Below, one piece after another: positions 42,032-53,014 of a stretch of DNA of 64,000 nucleotides; the first letter of the stretch is position 1, and the number at the start of each line of letters is the position of its first letter. A model generated the notes under the pieces. That model made no database searches. It was not told where the DNA came from and saw nothing but the letters and a program-made list of their open reading frames with translations. The stretch is from Methanomethylovorans hollandica DSM 15978 (GTDB lineage Archaea > Halobacteriota > Methanosarcinia > Methanosarcinales > Methanosarcinaceae), in NCBI RefSeq assembly GCF_000328665.1, contig NC_019977.1, forward strand, positions 620,001 to 684,000. Direction: 5' to 3'. The translations under genes and the position numbers were made by a program.

Positions 42032-43375
42032 ATGAAACTCTACAGCACTAATCTCCAGGCAGCAGAAGTATCTTTTGAAACTGCCCTTATTGAAGGCCAG
42101 GCCCCGGATAAAGGTCTATATTTACCCAGGTCTCTCCCCCTTCTGTCAAAAGAAGATATTGTGTCCCTGAAAGACAAACCATATCCAGAAGTTGCATTTC
42201 GTGTACTGCGCAAGGTTCTGGAAGGTGAGATCGATGAGCTTTCCCTTAAAGAGATAGTTTACGATGCTTACAACTATGATGTGCCTCTTGAAGAACTGAA
42301 CGAAAACACATATATCATGCGGCTGGACCGTGGGCCCACTGCTTCCTTCAAGGATTTCGCAGCTCGCCTTATGGCAAGGCTCATGCAATATTATCTCAAA
42401 AAAGATAGCAAGAAAATAACCATTCTTACTGCTACTTCTGGCGACACGGGGAGTGCGGTTGCTCATGCTTTCTATGGACTTGATAATGTCAGGGTCATTG
42501 TACTTTTCCCCCGTACTGAGGTTTCCGAGCGTCAGCGCAAGCAGATGACCACCCTCCAGAAGAACATAAGCGCAATATCCATAGATGGCAAGTTCGATGA
42601 TTGTCAGGCTATGGTCAAGAGTGCTTTCTCAGATGACCAGCTCAGACACCTTAACCTGTCCTCAGCCAATTCTATAAATATTGGTCGTCTTATCCCGCAG
42701 TCTCTGTACTATATTTATGCATATGTTAATCTCTGTAATTATCCCGAAGAGATCATCTTTTCCATACCTTCCGGCAATTTTGGGAACATGATGGGTTGCG
42801 TACTGGCAAAGACAATGGGTCTTCCGGTAAAGAAGATCGTTGCTTCTGTAAACGAGAACGATGAGTTTCCTTCATTCCTGAGCACCGGTGAATATCATAA
42901 GATAGTTCCATCCCTCAATTGTCTTTCAAATGCAATGAACGTAGGCCATCCGAGCAATCTGGCAAGGCTTATTGCGGTGTATGGTGGCCAGATGGATGAA
43001 CTGGGTAATGTCAACAAGCTGCCGGATATGGAACAACTCCGCAATGATATTTATTCCATTTCGGTGACCGATGAAGAAACAAAGGTCACGATGAGGGATA
43101 TTCTGGACAGCTATGGTATTCTTATTGAGCCCCACGGGGCTGTGGGAATAAAAGGTCTGTCTGATTACAGGAATAATACCGCAGATAAAACAATAGCAGT
43201 GACCCTGGAAACGGCGCATCCCGCAAAGTTTCCGGAAGAAGTGAAATCAGTGACGGGTATTGATCCGGAGCTTCCCATCAGTCTTAAAGATGCAGAATCA
43301 AAGGAAGAACACATGGATCTCCTTACCAAGGACTATGAAAAGTTCAAAGAATATCTGTTATCAAAACTTAGCTAA
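42032..43375 (+). CDS. thrC: Threonine synthase
   Basis: GPTASFKDF, ATSGDTG, SANSINIGR, PSGNFGN, ETAHPAKF. Confidence 0.95.
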   Translation: MKLYSTNLQAAEVSFETALIEGQAPDKGLYLPRSLPLLSKEDIVSLKDKPYPEVAFRVLRKVLEGEIDELSLKEIVYDAYNYDVPLEELNENTYIMRLDRGPTASFKDFAARLMARLMQYYLKKDSKKITILTATSGDTGSAVAHAFYGLDNVRVIVLFPRTEVSERQRKQMTTLQKNISAISIDGKFDDCQAMVKSAFSDDQLRHLNLSSANSINIGRLIPQSLYYIYAYVNLCNYPEEIIFSIPSGNFGNMMGCVLAKTMGLPVKKIVASVNENDEFPSFLSTGEYHKIVPSLNCLSNAMNVGHPSNLARLIAVYGGQMDELGNVNKLPDMEQLRNDIYSISVTDEETKVTMRDILDSYGILIEPHGAVGIKGLSDYRNNTADKTIAVTLETAHPAKFPEEVKSVTGIDPELPISLKDAESKEEHMDLLTKDYEKFKEYLLSKLS

Positions 43376-43392
43376 GCCTCATTTTGAGGCTT
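43374..43392 (+). terminator. Hairpin after thrC
   Basis: AAGCCTC-ATTTT-GAGGCTT followed by T-rich tract. Confidence 0.5.
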
Positions 43393-43520
43393 ATTGTTAC
43401 TTTTAGTGTTCATTCACTTATCTTACCGACAATGGCAGTATTATCTTTTAGAGATATCTGGTACAGATCTACAGGTGTCTGACCATCTATCCTAAAAATG
43501 GATAGTATCGGGTCTTTGAC

Positions 43521-44831
43521 TCATGGCACCTCTGGTTTTGGTAACTTCTCTACCAGCACTTTGTCTATTCTGTTCCCATCCATGTCCACTACTTCGTAAC
43601 GCAGCTCTTTTAACTCTATGTAGTCTCCAGTCTTTGGTATTCTCTGCAAAACGTACATGATCAAGCCGGCAATGGTTCTGTAATATCCTTCTTCCTCCTC
43701 AGGAAAGAAATCCACAGATAATATATCCTTTATTTTTTCAATGGATGTGTCTCCATCGATGAGCCACGATCCATCTTCTCTTACTACGACAGGTGTCTCC
43801 AATGGTTCTCCGATAGTTCGGACATCGCCCATAATCGCTTCGAGGATGTCATGCAGGGTAATGATCCCCTGGATACTTCCGTACTCATCGGTGATCAGGG
43901 CAATATGCACTCCAAGCTCCTTGAACAATTCAAGGAGTTTCAGAACAGAGATGGCTTCGGGTACAAACAGAGGGTTAGTTATATTAGTTCTTATATCAAC
44001 TTCACCGGATTCCACTATTTTGGCAAGTATGTGCTTTACGGATACCATGCCTACAATATTATCCAGATCCCTTTCGTAAGCAGGAAAATAGGAACGTCCA
44101 CTGGTGATCATCTTCTGTAGGTTCTCACTGACAGTATCATTCAAGTCCAGAGCAATAATATCACTACGATGGATCATCAGTGATTCTACTCTGAGATCAC
44201 CTATCTGAAGCACTCCTTCTATCATGCTCAACTCTGCTTCCTCAAATACTCCTGCTTCTGTCCCCTCTTCAAGCATGATCTTGATCTCTTCCTCTGTTAC
44301 AGGTGATCCAATGATCTTCTCGATCCTCATTATCCGGAGCACGGCTTCGGTGGACATGCTAAGAACAATGACCAACGGCTTTGCAACGGTTGAAAGGAAA
44401 AGCATGGTTCTTGCAACTTTAGAGACAATAACTTCTGCTTTGTTGAGTGCGATCTGTTTTGGGACAAGCTCTCCAAAGATCAAAGTGAGGTAGGTTATTA
44501 CCAGTACCACAAAAGTGATGCTCATTGCATTGCTGTATGGGGCAATGGCTGGAAAATTCCCGAGGTAGGCCGCAAGGCCTTTTGCTACAGTGGCTCCGCC
44601 GAAAGCACCGGCAAGGATGCCCACAAGAGTTATCCCTATCTGAATAGTAGAAAGGAATGACGTTAATCTGCCAGAGAGTTCAAGTGCAGCTACTGCCCCT
44701 GCATCTCCTTCTTCTGCCATTTGCTTAAGGCGGGTCCTTTTAGCTGAAACAAGGGCAAATTCAGACATAGCAAAGATGCCATTGACTACGATCAAAACAA
44801 TTATGATAACGATCTCAAATGTATAAGACAT
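43521..44831 (-). CDS. CNNM/CorC-HlyC (DUF21-CBS-CorC) membrane protein
   Basis: NGIFAMSEFA, FGELVPK, CBS pair, DEYG, CorC C-terminus. Confidence 0.9.
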   Translation of the reverse strand: MSYTFEIVIIIVLIVVNGIFAMSEFALVSAKRTRLKQMAEEGDAGAVAALELSGRLTSFLSTIQIGITLVGILAGAFGGATVAKGLAAYLGNFPAIAPYSNAMSITFVVLVITYLTLIFGELVPKQIALNKAEVIVSKVARTMLFLSTVAKPLVIVLSMSTEAVLRIMRIEKIIGSPVTEEEIKIMLEEGTEAGVFEEAELSMIEGVLQIGDLRVESLMIHRSDIIALDLNDTVSENLQKMITSGRSYFPAYERDLDNIVGMVSVKHILAKIVESGEVDIRTNITNPLFVPEAISVLKLLELFKELGVHIALITDEYGSIQGIITLHDILEAIMGDVRTIGEPLETPVVVREDGSWLIDGDTSIEKIKDILSVDFFPEEEEGYYRTIAGLIMYVLQRIPKTGDYIELKELRYEVVDMDGNRIDKVLVEKLPKPEVP

Positions 44832-45031
44832 TTGACAAGTATATACCCGGGTTATAATTTAAAGCTAATTCATTGTTCTCCTGTTAAGCAATGTTTTGCT
44901 GCCTTTTGCAGGGCAAATTCTCATACTGCAGATATCACATATTTCATAAGGCCTGAATTGACAGGCAAAGGAGGATAATGTAAATATATGTTACAAATGC
45001 CTACAGTTCTAATGCTATACAGAGCGGCTCT

Positions 45032-46363
45032 TCAGCTGAACTTTTGTTTCTCTCTGCTTTTTTCAATTTTCATGAGCCTGAGAGAAAGGAAAACAGCGAT
45101 GTAGATAATAGCAGCTGCAACCAGAAATGACATTGCTTTCAGCTGGGTGTACAACACTCCTCCTGCAAGGAGTCCGAGTATGCTTGCCAGGCTACTGGCG
45201 CTCATAGCAAATCCCTGCACAGAGCCTTGGTAGGTTTTTCCTGCCAGCTTGGAGAGTATGGACAGGACACAGGGCCACATTATCCCGTTACCGAGTGCGA
45301 AAAAGACAGCTGCCAGATATAAAAGGAATATATTTCCGGGAACTATCAGGATGAACTGCAGTCCCAGGATGAAACCCCCGGCTACTATCAGCACTGACTC
45401 AGCATAGCGGTTGGTAAGTTTTCCAAGGAGTGGCCCCTGAACGAATGCCATCATAGCACTGAGCACAGAAAAATAAATGCCTAGTTCGGCTGGGCTCCAC
45501 TCCAGATCAGTAACAGCGAAGATGGGAAAGGCCGTATAATATATATTGAAGCCCAGAAAGATGAGAAAATAAAGTACCATCATAAATGGAATATATTCTA
45601 ACTTGAAAACTTCACTCAATGTTATTTTTTTCCCGTTTTCCGCCTGATTACATTCCATGTGTTCCTGTCCTAGTAGCTTGCTGATGCTTTTAGTCTTCGG
45701 ATACTCATCAATGGTGCAGTTATGTGATTCAGGAAGGAACAAGATGATTATTAAAGTGCCAGCAACTGAGATCAACAGGGCTGCAGAAACAGGGATCAGT
45801 TCTCCGTAGACAGTTGCTCCCAGAACCCCTGCAAGAGCAGGTCCGCAAACGTATCCAAGGTTAGAGGCCACCGACATCCTGCCATAGTTCTTGTTTCTCT
45901 CCTCTTCGCTTGTCAGGTCTGCAAGATATGCGTTCGCAACTGATACGTTTCCCCCTGTAATACCATCAAGTGCCCTGGCAAAGAAAAGTGCAAGTAAAGG
46001 AAGTGTGATAGTGAAGGCTCCGAGAATATCAGATTCCACTTTTTTAAAAGTGATCACTGGGAGGAATAGGGCAATTAAAAAAATAACCCATGCAATGAGG
46101 GTGCCGATCTGGCTTAAAAGCAGTATTCTCCTTCTTCCGTAAAGATCAGACCACCTTCCCAAGATGGGAGCTCCTATCAGTTGAAATGCGGGGTAGGTGG
46201 AGCCTAGCAGGCCATAGATTAGTGCATTTCCCCCATAATCTGTAACCAGAAATACAAGAAAAGTTAGGATGATCCCAAATCCCAGGGTCCCTATGAATGT
46301 AACAGTATACAAAGGAAAAAGCTCCTTTCCATCTTTCCGGGGATTTTCAGAAGCCAGTGTCAT
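45032..46363 (-). CDS. MFS transporter (TetA/DHA1-like)
   Basis: GRWSDLYGRR motif A, RALDGITGGN. Confidence 0.88.
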   Translation of the reverse strand: MTLASENPRKDGKELFPLYTVTFIGTLGFGIILTFLVFLVTDYGGNALIYGLLGSTYPAFQLIGAPILGRWSDLYGRRRILLLSQIGTLIAWVIFLIALFLPVITFKKVESDILGAFTITLPLLALFFARALDGITGGNVSVANAYLADLTSEEERNKNYGRMSVASNLGYVCGPALAGVLGATVYGELIPVSAALLISVAGTLIIILFLPESHNCTIDEYPKTKSISKLLGQEHMECNQAENGKKITLSEVFKLEYIPFMMVLYFLIFLGFNIYYTAFPIFAVTDLEWSPAELGIYFSVLSAMMAFVQGPLLGKLTNRYAESVLIVAGGFILGLQFILIVPGNIFLLYLAAVFFALGNGIMWPCVLSILSKLAGKTYQGSVQGFAMSASSLASILGLLAGGVLYTQLKAMSFLVAAAIIYIAVFLSLRLMKIEKSREKQKFS

Positions 46364-46492
46364 CCATGGAATAGTATGTTCATCATAGTTCTAAAAATAA
46401 TCCCCCAGGGTAAACCGACATTAAGTTCACAGCAAGAAATTAATAACCAGAGGACAGATAGGACACGTATCTTCTATATATGGGGTTCAAAT

Positions 46493-47089
46493 GTGAAAGT
46501 GGTCATCATGGGGTGACTTATGGGAAGCGGCAAGACGACAACTACCCTTAAGCTGTCAAAGAGGTTCAGCGATGTCGGGCAAAGGATTGGTGTGATTGTA
46601 CAGGAAACCGGCGATGTGGATTATGAAGAAGGTACTCTGCATGAAATGGGAATTAAGAAGAAATACATTGAAAATGTGTGTATTCTATGTTCCCTTGAAA
46701 CGGACATCATCAACAACATACAGGCTTTGCAAGAAGAGTTCAGGCCTGACCTGGTGTTCATCGAGACAGAAGAAGCCGTACTGCCTGTCAGGATAAAGGC
46801 CGATCTGCAGCGAATGCCACTGAAAAACTTGCAAATGGCTCCTATGATCACCATAGTCGATGCTAAATATTTTCCATTGGAAGCTGCAATGTTGTTAAGA
46901 TATGCGCGGATACAGGTCGAAGAGACCGATATTATCTGTCCGAACAAAGTGGATATGGCAGATAGCGAGCGCACTTCGCGATTAAAGAATATGTTCAAAG
47001 ATATAAATTCAAAGGCTTCTATACTTGATATGAATGCAAAGGAAGGCACAGGGATCTCTGAATTGATCTATTCTCTTGGATTAAACTAA
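46493..47089 (+). pseudogene. Degenerate CobW/HypB-like GTPase with in-frame TGA before the P-loop
   Basis: GTG-K-V-V-I-M-G-TGA(46514)-L-M-G-S-G-K-T-T; eroded GCICC and EPxG motifs; NKVD retained. Confidence 0.65.
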
Positions 47090-47110
47090 TACCTGAAGAT
47101 GTGATATAAG

Positions 47111-47422
47111 ATGATAATTGTTGTACATACTACCACAGCGAACATGGATGAAGCTAAAAGTATCGCTAATGCTCTCGTTGAAAAAGGGTTTGCTGCATGT
47201 GTCAGCATGCATCCTGTAACTTCTGTCTATAAATGGAAAGGCAATATTGAAGAAGAGGGAGAGATCGAACTCTCCATCAAAACAACTTCTGAAATGCTGG
47301 AAAGTGTGAAAAAGGCTATAATCTATATGCATAGTTACGAACTCCCTGCACTTATATGGTGGCCGGTGGATGGAGATGAAAAATATACAGAGTGGATCGT
47401 CGATTGTGTTAAACCAGAGTAA
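47111..47422 (+). CDS. cutA: Divalent cation tolerance protein CutA
   Basis: AACV, SVYKWKG, HSYELP. Confidence 0.92.
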   Translation: MIIVVHTTTANMDEAKSIANALVEKGFAACVSMHPVTSVYKWKGNIEEEGEIELSIKTTSEMLESVKKAIIYMHSYELPALIWWPVDGDEKYTEWIVDCVKPE

Positions 47423-47475
47423 ACTACCGCTTGTATCGTTCATTGCAGCATGTTCCTTGTAACTGCATAGTATGT

Positions 47476-48585
47476 TCAAATAACTTTGAGGTCTGTAAGC
47501 CTGTCCGGCAGATATCTGTCGGTGACGAAATCCAGGCCCTTGCCGGCAAATGCCTGCTGTTCGGCCTTTTTATTGATCTCAAGCTGCAGATTGATCTGTT
47601 CTTTCCAGTAGTCTGTAGCAAAACGCGGGTCGCTGAGTTCGCTTCTAAGGGCACCTACATCTTTTTCCGTAAGTTTATCGGTGGATAGTTCGTATTCCAC
47701 AATGTCTGAGGGTTGAACTCCTATGAACATAGCTCCTGGTGTTGCCATGTGTTCGGAAAGATGTGCGCTTTTAATAGCTCCATATGCTACCGATGCGAAA
47801 ATGCGGTATGACCACGGATCACCATCAGTAAACACTACCACAGGCAGAGACAATTCTTCGTTCATGCGTTTGATGATGCGTCGGGTGGACCTCGCAGGCT
47901 GGCCTTTAAGATGTACAAGTATCGCATTGTATTTCTCATCGAAACCATTCTCTATGAGTCTGGCGTACATACCACCGGTTTCGATGGCTATTATGAAATC
48001 CGCATCATGGTCAAGGAACTCTATGTTCTCCACATTGAAAGGTATCTGATACCCACTTTCTCCGATATCTTCCTGACAATGGATCGTTCTGTCTCCTCTT
48101 TTAGTATCTTCCCGAATCCTGATGGGCCCGAACATGGTAGCCCCATCCTCTTCGGGCCGCATGTGGAAATATTCCCTCTGTAATCCGGTAATGATCTCCA
48201 GGTCTTCTATGAGCCGGTCACTTTCAGGCTGCTCCCTGAACTTGGCAATATCCCAATTTTCAGAGATGTAATATAATTCTCTTAATGTGGACCCACGGTT
48301 CTGAGAGAGATGGTTCTTGATCAGAAAATCAACAGTATGTACAGATTTTAGCAACTGGAAAGCTCCCTTTACAGTCTTTGCGCTGCGTTCGCTTTCGCGG
48401 TCACCATAAACCCAAACCTCTGATTCATCGTTGTACTCTATATTTTTCTTGGTTCTGGTCGGCAGGCTCACAGATGGCACTTCACCATCCAGGAACTGCT
48501 TATATATTGCATCTGTCAGACCGTAAAGACGATTTCTCGCAAGCTCATCATGTTCCTTTTTCTGTTGTGATATTTCCTTTGCCAT
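47476..48585 (-). CDS. top6A: DNA topoisomerase VI subunit A
   Basis: TLRELYY, AIETGG, DGDPW, KAEQQ. Confidence 0.96.
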   Translation of the reverse strand: MAKEISQQKKEHDELARNRLYGLTDAIYKQFLDGEVPSVSLPTRTKKNIEYNDESEVWVYGDRESERSAKTVKGAFQLLKSVHTVDFLIKNHLSQNRGSTLRELYYISENWDIAKFREQPESDRLIEDLEIITGLQREYFHMRPEEDGATMFGPIRIREDTKRGDRTIHCQEDIGESGYQIPFNVENIEFLDHDADFIIAIETGGMYARLIENGFDEKYNAILVHLKGQPARSTRRIIKRMNEELSLPVVVFTDGDPWSYRIFASVAYGAIKSAHLSEHMATPGAMFIGVQPSDIVEYELSTDKLTEKDVGALRSELSDPRFATDYWKEQINLQLEINKKAEQQAFAGKGLDFVTDRYLPDRLTDLKVI

Positions 48586-50454
48586 TCAAACCAATCCCTT
48601 AATGGCTTTTGCCCCTGTTACACGTTCTTCATCAAGACCTTCCACGATCACTTCAGGGAATTTTGAAGCTTCTGCATCAGATAATGTGTCCACAATATAA
48701 CTTATCGCCTTTGAAGAACCAGTGGGAAGTGACATCTTCCATACATAATCAAAATCATTGCCCATGGATATAGTCTTAGGTTCCGGGATAGTTTCTCTTA
48801 TTTTGAAGGGAACCATCTCATGCACAATACAGTCCACAGTTTTACTTGAAAAGTTTCGCAAAAGTATAGAAACTCTTGCACTGTCATCGGAGTTGCGTTT
48901 TATCTTTCTATTCACAAGCAAGTTTCCCATGATCCTTGCGACAACAGGATTAATATCGGGTACATCTTTATCCAGTGTTTCCGCAAGCTTTTTTGCCATC
49001 TTAGGCAGCACCTTGGTGATAATTATCTCTTTCTCTCTGCGTTTTTTCAGGTTTTCCTGGCGGTTCATGTACATGTTTAGCTTACGTCCGACTTCCTTTA
49101 CCGCCAGTTCGATCTCTGATTTTATTTCAGGAATATCGGCTATAGCATCCTTTGATTCAGAGGTGAACGGTACGTTTGTTGATGCAACATGGACCAGTAT
49201 GGCAACAGGACCTGTGGGCAGTCCCCCACCGGGCTGGTTGAGTCCGTATTGTTTCCATTTTATAGATTCTATAGCATGTGTGGTCACACATCCGCCTTGC
49301 TGGTACAGTAAAGGCACTCTGTTAGCAAAACGCATGATATCGACACGGTCTTCTTTCTGCAGGTTCCCTCCGTAGGCAAGCCCCACCTCTACTAAAAATG
49401 GATTTCCTGAATACACTGATGGTGTCCTGCTGGTAGTTGCAATGAAGTCCACATTGAACTCTTTTTCCAGACCTTTGTAGATCAGTTGCTCTCCTATGGG
49501 AGAGAGACAGTCTGTGGGAGGAGCCATTATCTTCACTTTGCCAAAGGCATCCAGGAGTTTTCTTGCCTGGTCCCTGTTCATTTCATGAGGGTTCATCTCC
49601 CCATCCAGGCCTGAAGCCTTGCAGATCTCTTCTGCCGTTAGGTGACCTATCTTTGAAAAGGAATAGCGCAGAAAAGGTGTAAGTTTTTGCCTTTCAGTAT
49701 ACCGGAGCATCTTCATGAGTGTTCCCAGTTCTATTCCATGAGGATGAGGAAGTATTTCCTTTGCAGCGAGCGGTATCTTATCGGTCGCTCTTTCGAAGAG
49801 GGTCTCGTTTTTGTCAGGTTCTATAAGTTTTATGCGCGCGTGAGGATTTACTATGGCTGTTGCCCTTAGATATTCGGTAACTGATTGACGTCTACCTTTC
49901 ACATAAGAAGCTTCCATTTCCAGCTCTATACGAGTTCCGTGATGGCGGTCCCAGTCAATTATTTCCTCTTTCAGTATCTCTGGTTCATTGGTACTGGTGT
50001 TGATCATCAGTTCATAGTAATGTGCAGATTTTCCCTGTCCAATCTTTGAAATGATCCTGGTTGGATGACCGGAGGTCAGCTGAGAGTATAGAACAGATGC
50101 GGATATGCCTATACCCTGTTGTCCTCTGCTTTGTTTCAGAGCATGGAAACGTGACCCATAGAGCAGTTTTGCAAATACATTTGGTATTTGTGCTTTAACT
50201 ATGCCAGGCCCATTGTCCTCAACCATGATCACCAGGCTGTCTTTATCCGATCTTTCTATCTGTACCAGGATATCCGGCAGGATCTCAGCTTCCTCGCAGG
50301 CGTCCAAAGAGTTATCCACGGCTTCCTTTATAGTGGTAATAAGGCTACGGGGAGCTGAGTCGAATCCAAGGATCTGCCTGTTCTTTTCAAAAAACTCAGC
50401 TACGCTTATCGATTTCTGATTTTTTGCAAGTTCTTCTGCAATTGGAATTTCCAT
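48586..50454 (-). CDS. top6B: DNA topoisomerase VI subunit B
   Basis: [30 protein letters not shown]. Confidence 0.96.
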   Translation of the reverse strand: MEIPIAEELAKNQKSISVAEFFEKNRQILGFDSAPRSLITTIKEAVDNSLDACEEAEILPDILVQIERSDKDSLVIMVEDNGPGIVKAQIPNVFAKLLYGSRFHALKQSRGQQGIGISASVLYSQLTSGHPTRIISKIGQGKSAHYYELMINTSTNEPEILKEEIIDWDRHHGTRIELEMEASYVKGRRQSVTEYLRATAIVNPHARIKLIEPDKNETLFERATDKIPLAAKEILPHPHGIELGTLMKMLRYTERQKLTPFLRYSFSKIGHLTAEEICKASGLDGEMNPHEMNRDQARKLLDAFGKVKIMAPPTDCLSPIGEQLIYKGLEKEFNVDFIATTSRTPSVYSGNPFLVEVGLAYGGNLQKEDRVDIMRFANRVPLLYQQGGCVTTHAIESIKWKQYGLNQPGGGLPTGPVAILVHVASTNVPFTSESKDAIADIPEIKSEIELAVKEVGRKLNMYMNRQENLKKRREKEIIITKVLPKMAKKLAETLDKDVPDINPVVARIMGNLLVNRKIKRNSDDSARVSILLRNFSSKTVDCIVHEMVPFKIRETIPEPKTISMGNDFDYVWKMSLPTGSSKAISYIVDTLSDAEASKFPEVIVEGLDEERVTGAKAIKGLV

Positions 50455-50534
50455 GTACTATCATCCTTAGTAAAGCATGTCAGCTAAAGCTATACCTTAT
50501 ATAAAAAACACATTATATATATAATGCGCCTTAT

Positions 50535-50768
50535 TCATTTGAGTTCGGCGCCAACTATGGTCTGTGTAGCTGTTACAAATTCGTTCTCTCTTATGTCATC
50601 GACAATGTTGTTCAATCTGCTGAGGTCTCCGACATTCATGATCACGACAAAGTCATATTCTCCAAAAACATGATATATGTCCTTGATCCCCTCTATTTTC
50701 TGTAATTCCGTGTAAGCTGCCCTCTCTTTACCGGGAAGCACATTTACCATCGTGACTCCAATTACCAT
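50535..50768 (-). CDS. Stand-alone Lrp/AsnC ligand-binding (RAM) domain protein
   Basis: VFGEYDF motif; no HTH. Confidence 0.85.
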   Translation of the reverse strand: MVIGVTMVNVLPGKERAAYTELQKIEGIKDIYHVFGEYDFVVIMNVGDLSRLNNIVDDIRENEFVTATQTIVGAELK

Positions 50769-50926
50769 TATTTCACCACATTTTAGACGAATGCAATCTA
50801 TTTATTATTATATGCTTCTTTCATTTATCCTATTCTTCTATGTCCCGATCTCTTAAAAAAAGCTTTTAAAATCATTAAAATATTTATATAGTAAGTTTTA
50901 TATATATTTAACACCAATTGTACCTA

Positions 50927-50990
50927 AATGAGCGGGTAACAATCTTTTTATAACAACCCCCACTCCCCAACCCGCTCATTCTCCACTTTT
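50927..50990 (+). ncRNA. Candidate sRNA copy 1 (hairpin with C-rich loop)
   Basis: 11-bp stem AATGAGCGGGT/ACCCGCTCATT, TATA box upstream, CTCCACTTTT tail. Confidence 0.6.
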
Positions 50991-51181
50991 ACTGCTTTTG
51001 GTCTTATTCTCATCTGCTTCTGTAGAAATAATCATTAATAAGCAGCATTAACAAAACCACAAATAACAGCGAGTTCAGTAATGATCGCCACACATCATTT
51101 TAATTCTATGTGCATTTTGAAACACCTCATCATTATGATTTTAATAAGAAAATATATATACAATTAATAACTATCTGTATT

Positions 51182-51246
51182 TGAGCGGGTTCCTCTTCTT
51201 TCTTACAATAACCCCCACACTTCCCAACCCGCTCATACTCCACTTT
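51182..51246 (+). ncRNA. Candidate sRNA copy 2 (paralog)
   Basis: 10-bp stem TGAGCGGGTT/AACCCGCTCA, BRE-TATA GAAAATATATATA upstream, CTCCACTTT tail. Confidence 0.6.
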
Positions 51247-51425
51247 ATGATCTAATGAAGAATTTATAGTTAAACACTCATGGTTTGTAACTTATGAATA
51301 CTAAAATCACATTCAAGAGATCGTGCAATCAATACCATAAGTTTCAAACAAATGGTTTTCAACTATAAAATAATCACAGGATAAATCCGTGTAGTATTAA
51401 AAAAGATTGTGGTGCTTTAAAAAAA

Positions 51426-52928
51426 TTAAAAATCAAACAATGTCTTCTGAGTTTTTTTGATAATATTATCTATATTTTCTTTTTTCTTAACAAGTTCAGT
51501 ATTCTGTTTATTTTCTTCAGGAGGCTCTATTTTATTTGTTAATATATTAGACAGATTTGTTTGTTTCTTATCATCGTTCAAAATTGGTTTTTCCGGCATC
51601 CTGAAAAAAGGCACTTCATCTTGTCTCTTATCCTTCCTTAGTTCCTGAGCATCATCGTATACTTTTTGCAGCTTTTTAGTAACTTTCGATGCACCTGTCA
51701 TGAAGGCCAGTTCATCCAGATCCAGTCCCAGTTCAGCTACAACTGCCGGAGCATACTCAGGGTCTTCAAGCAATATACTGTATATACCAGCGATTTCAGT
51801 ACTTGAGTAACGCATTGATTCATGACAGTGACCAGCTATCTTTATTGCAATATTGTTGCGCATGTTTTTTCTGGCCTTCAGCTGTCCCATGCGGCGCCAC
51901 AATGAAGGTGGACTGAACTTCACAAAACCACGTTTAGGTTGAGATTTTGATACGACCGTTCCACAGGTCATAAGTACGCTTGCATAACGCCACATCAGGT
52001 AATTCTGTCTTTTTTGCACCCTTCCAAGGAACAGATCCGCACGCGAGATATACTCATATCCGTTCTTTATAGAGTCTGTGACCTTTCCTTCTTCCTTGCC
52101 AGCATATTGGACAGGCAGGTTCTCATCTATCCAGTGGATAAGGTCTTCAGGGCTTTCATCAAGACCGTATGTTGTCTCGAGTGCTGTTTTCGCATCGGTT
52201 CCCTTAAATATTCTTTCCATTACCTTGAATATGGATTCTTTGTTATCCCTTTCCGCAGTGGCAATGTCTTCTATGTTTATCTCATTCCTGCCCACGGCAA
52301 CTGCCTGTAGGTCATTGATGGCACTGCGCATATCTCCATCTGCATTTTCTGCTATCTTCTCTATGATGCCTACACCACACATCAGCCCTTCTTTCTGAGC
52401 TACCTGTTTGAGGGCCGGTATCATCGAACGTGTCTGAAGTGCATTGAATTTGATCTCCAGAAGATTTGATCTGACGGAAGAGGGAATGCCATAGGCATCG
52501 TTAGCTATCAGCACTATAGGCTGACCTGTGGCAAGGATTATGTTTCCTATGGCCTTTGGACCACCACGGTCGCTTGTTCCGTGCATGTTATCGGCTTCAT
52601 CCAGCACTATAAGTCTTTTGGAAGACATACCTCCCAGTGTACTCATTCTGGAAGCTGAACCTGCGATCCTTTCTATCACATCAGCTGTGCGCTGATCACT
52701 GGCATTGAGTTCTATTACTTCCCATTCCATATCCTGTGCCAGAGCATGGGCAGTCGATGTCTTACCAACACCTGCCGGGCCGTGGAGTAACACTGCCTTT
52801 TGTTCAGGTGTTCCGTCCAGCCACTGCTCAGCCCATGATCTCAGTTGTCTGATAGCAGTCGGATTTCCCAGCACGTCAGCAAGGCTCTTTGGCCTGTATT
52901 TCTCAGCCCATTCTTTTGGTGTGGTCAT
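51426..52928 (-). CDS. rfcL: Replication factor C large subunit
   Basis: WAEKYRPKSL, GPAGVGKT, ELNASD, DEAD, GDMRSAINDLQ, C-terminal PIP box QKTLFDF. Confidence 0.95.
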   Translation of the reverse strand: MTTPKEWAEKYRPKSLADVLGNPTAIRQLRSWAEQWLDGTPEQKAVLLHGPAGVGKTSTAHALAQDMEWEVIELNASDQRTADVIERIAGSASRMSTLGGMSSKRLIVLDEADNMHGTSDRGGPKAIGNIILATGQPIVLIANDAYGIPSSVRSNLLEIKFNALQTRSMIPALKQVAQKEGLMCGVGIIEKIAENADGDMRSAINDLQAVAVGRNEINIEDIATAERDNKESIFKVMERIFKGTDAKTALETTYGLDESPEDLIHWIDENLPVQYAGKEEGKVTDSIKNGYEYISRADLFLGRVQKRQNYLMWRYASVLMTCGTVVSKSQPKRGFVKFSPPSLWRRMGQLKARKNMRNNIAIKIAGHCHESMRYSSTEIAGIYSILLEDPEYAPAVVAELGLDLDELAFMTGASKVTKKLQKVYDDAQELRKDKRQDEVPFFRMPEKPILNDDKKQTNLSNILTNKIEPPEENKQNTELVKKKENIDNIIKKTQKTLFDF

Positions 52929-53014
52929 TACATCATATCCAATAGAGGGAAACTAATTAATGTTTTCATCCCTTTGTTGGTTTTGCTTGATATTAATAAT
53001 TGTAGGTACATGAC

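Noticed and set aside
46514..46516. Selenocysteine recoding of the in-frame TGA
   Set aside because: Position corresponds to Gly, not Cys; no SECIS recognised; Methanosarcinaceae are not known to use Sec
50909..51240. Minus-strand small ORFs in the paired repeats (MSGLGSGGCYKK..., MSGLGSVGVIVR...)
   Set aside because: GGAG is only 1 nt from the ATG, frames diverge after 6 codons, and TATA boxes and T-tails fit + strand RNAs
50927..51246. CRISPR array interpretation of the paired repeats
   Set aside because: Only two units, 255-bp period, no cas genes
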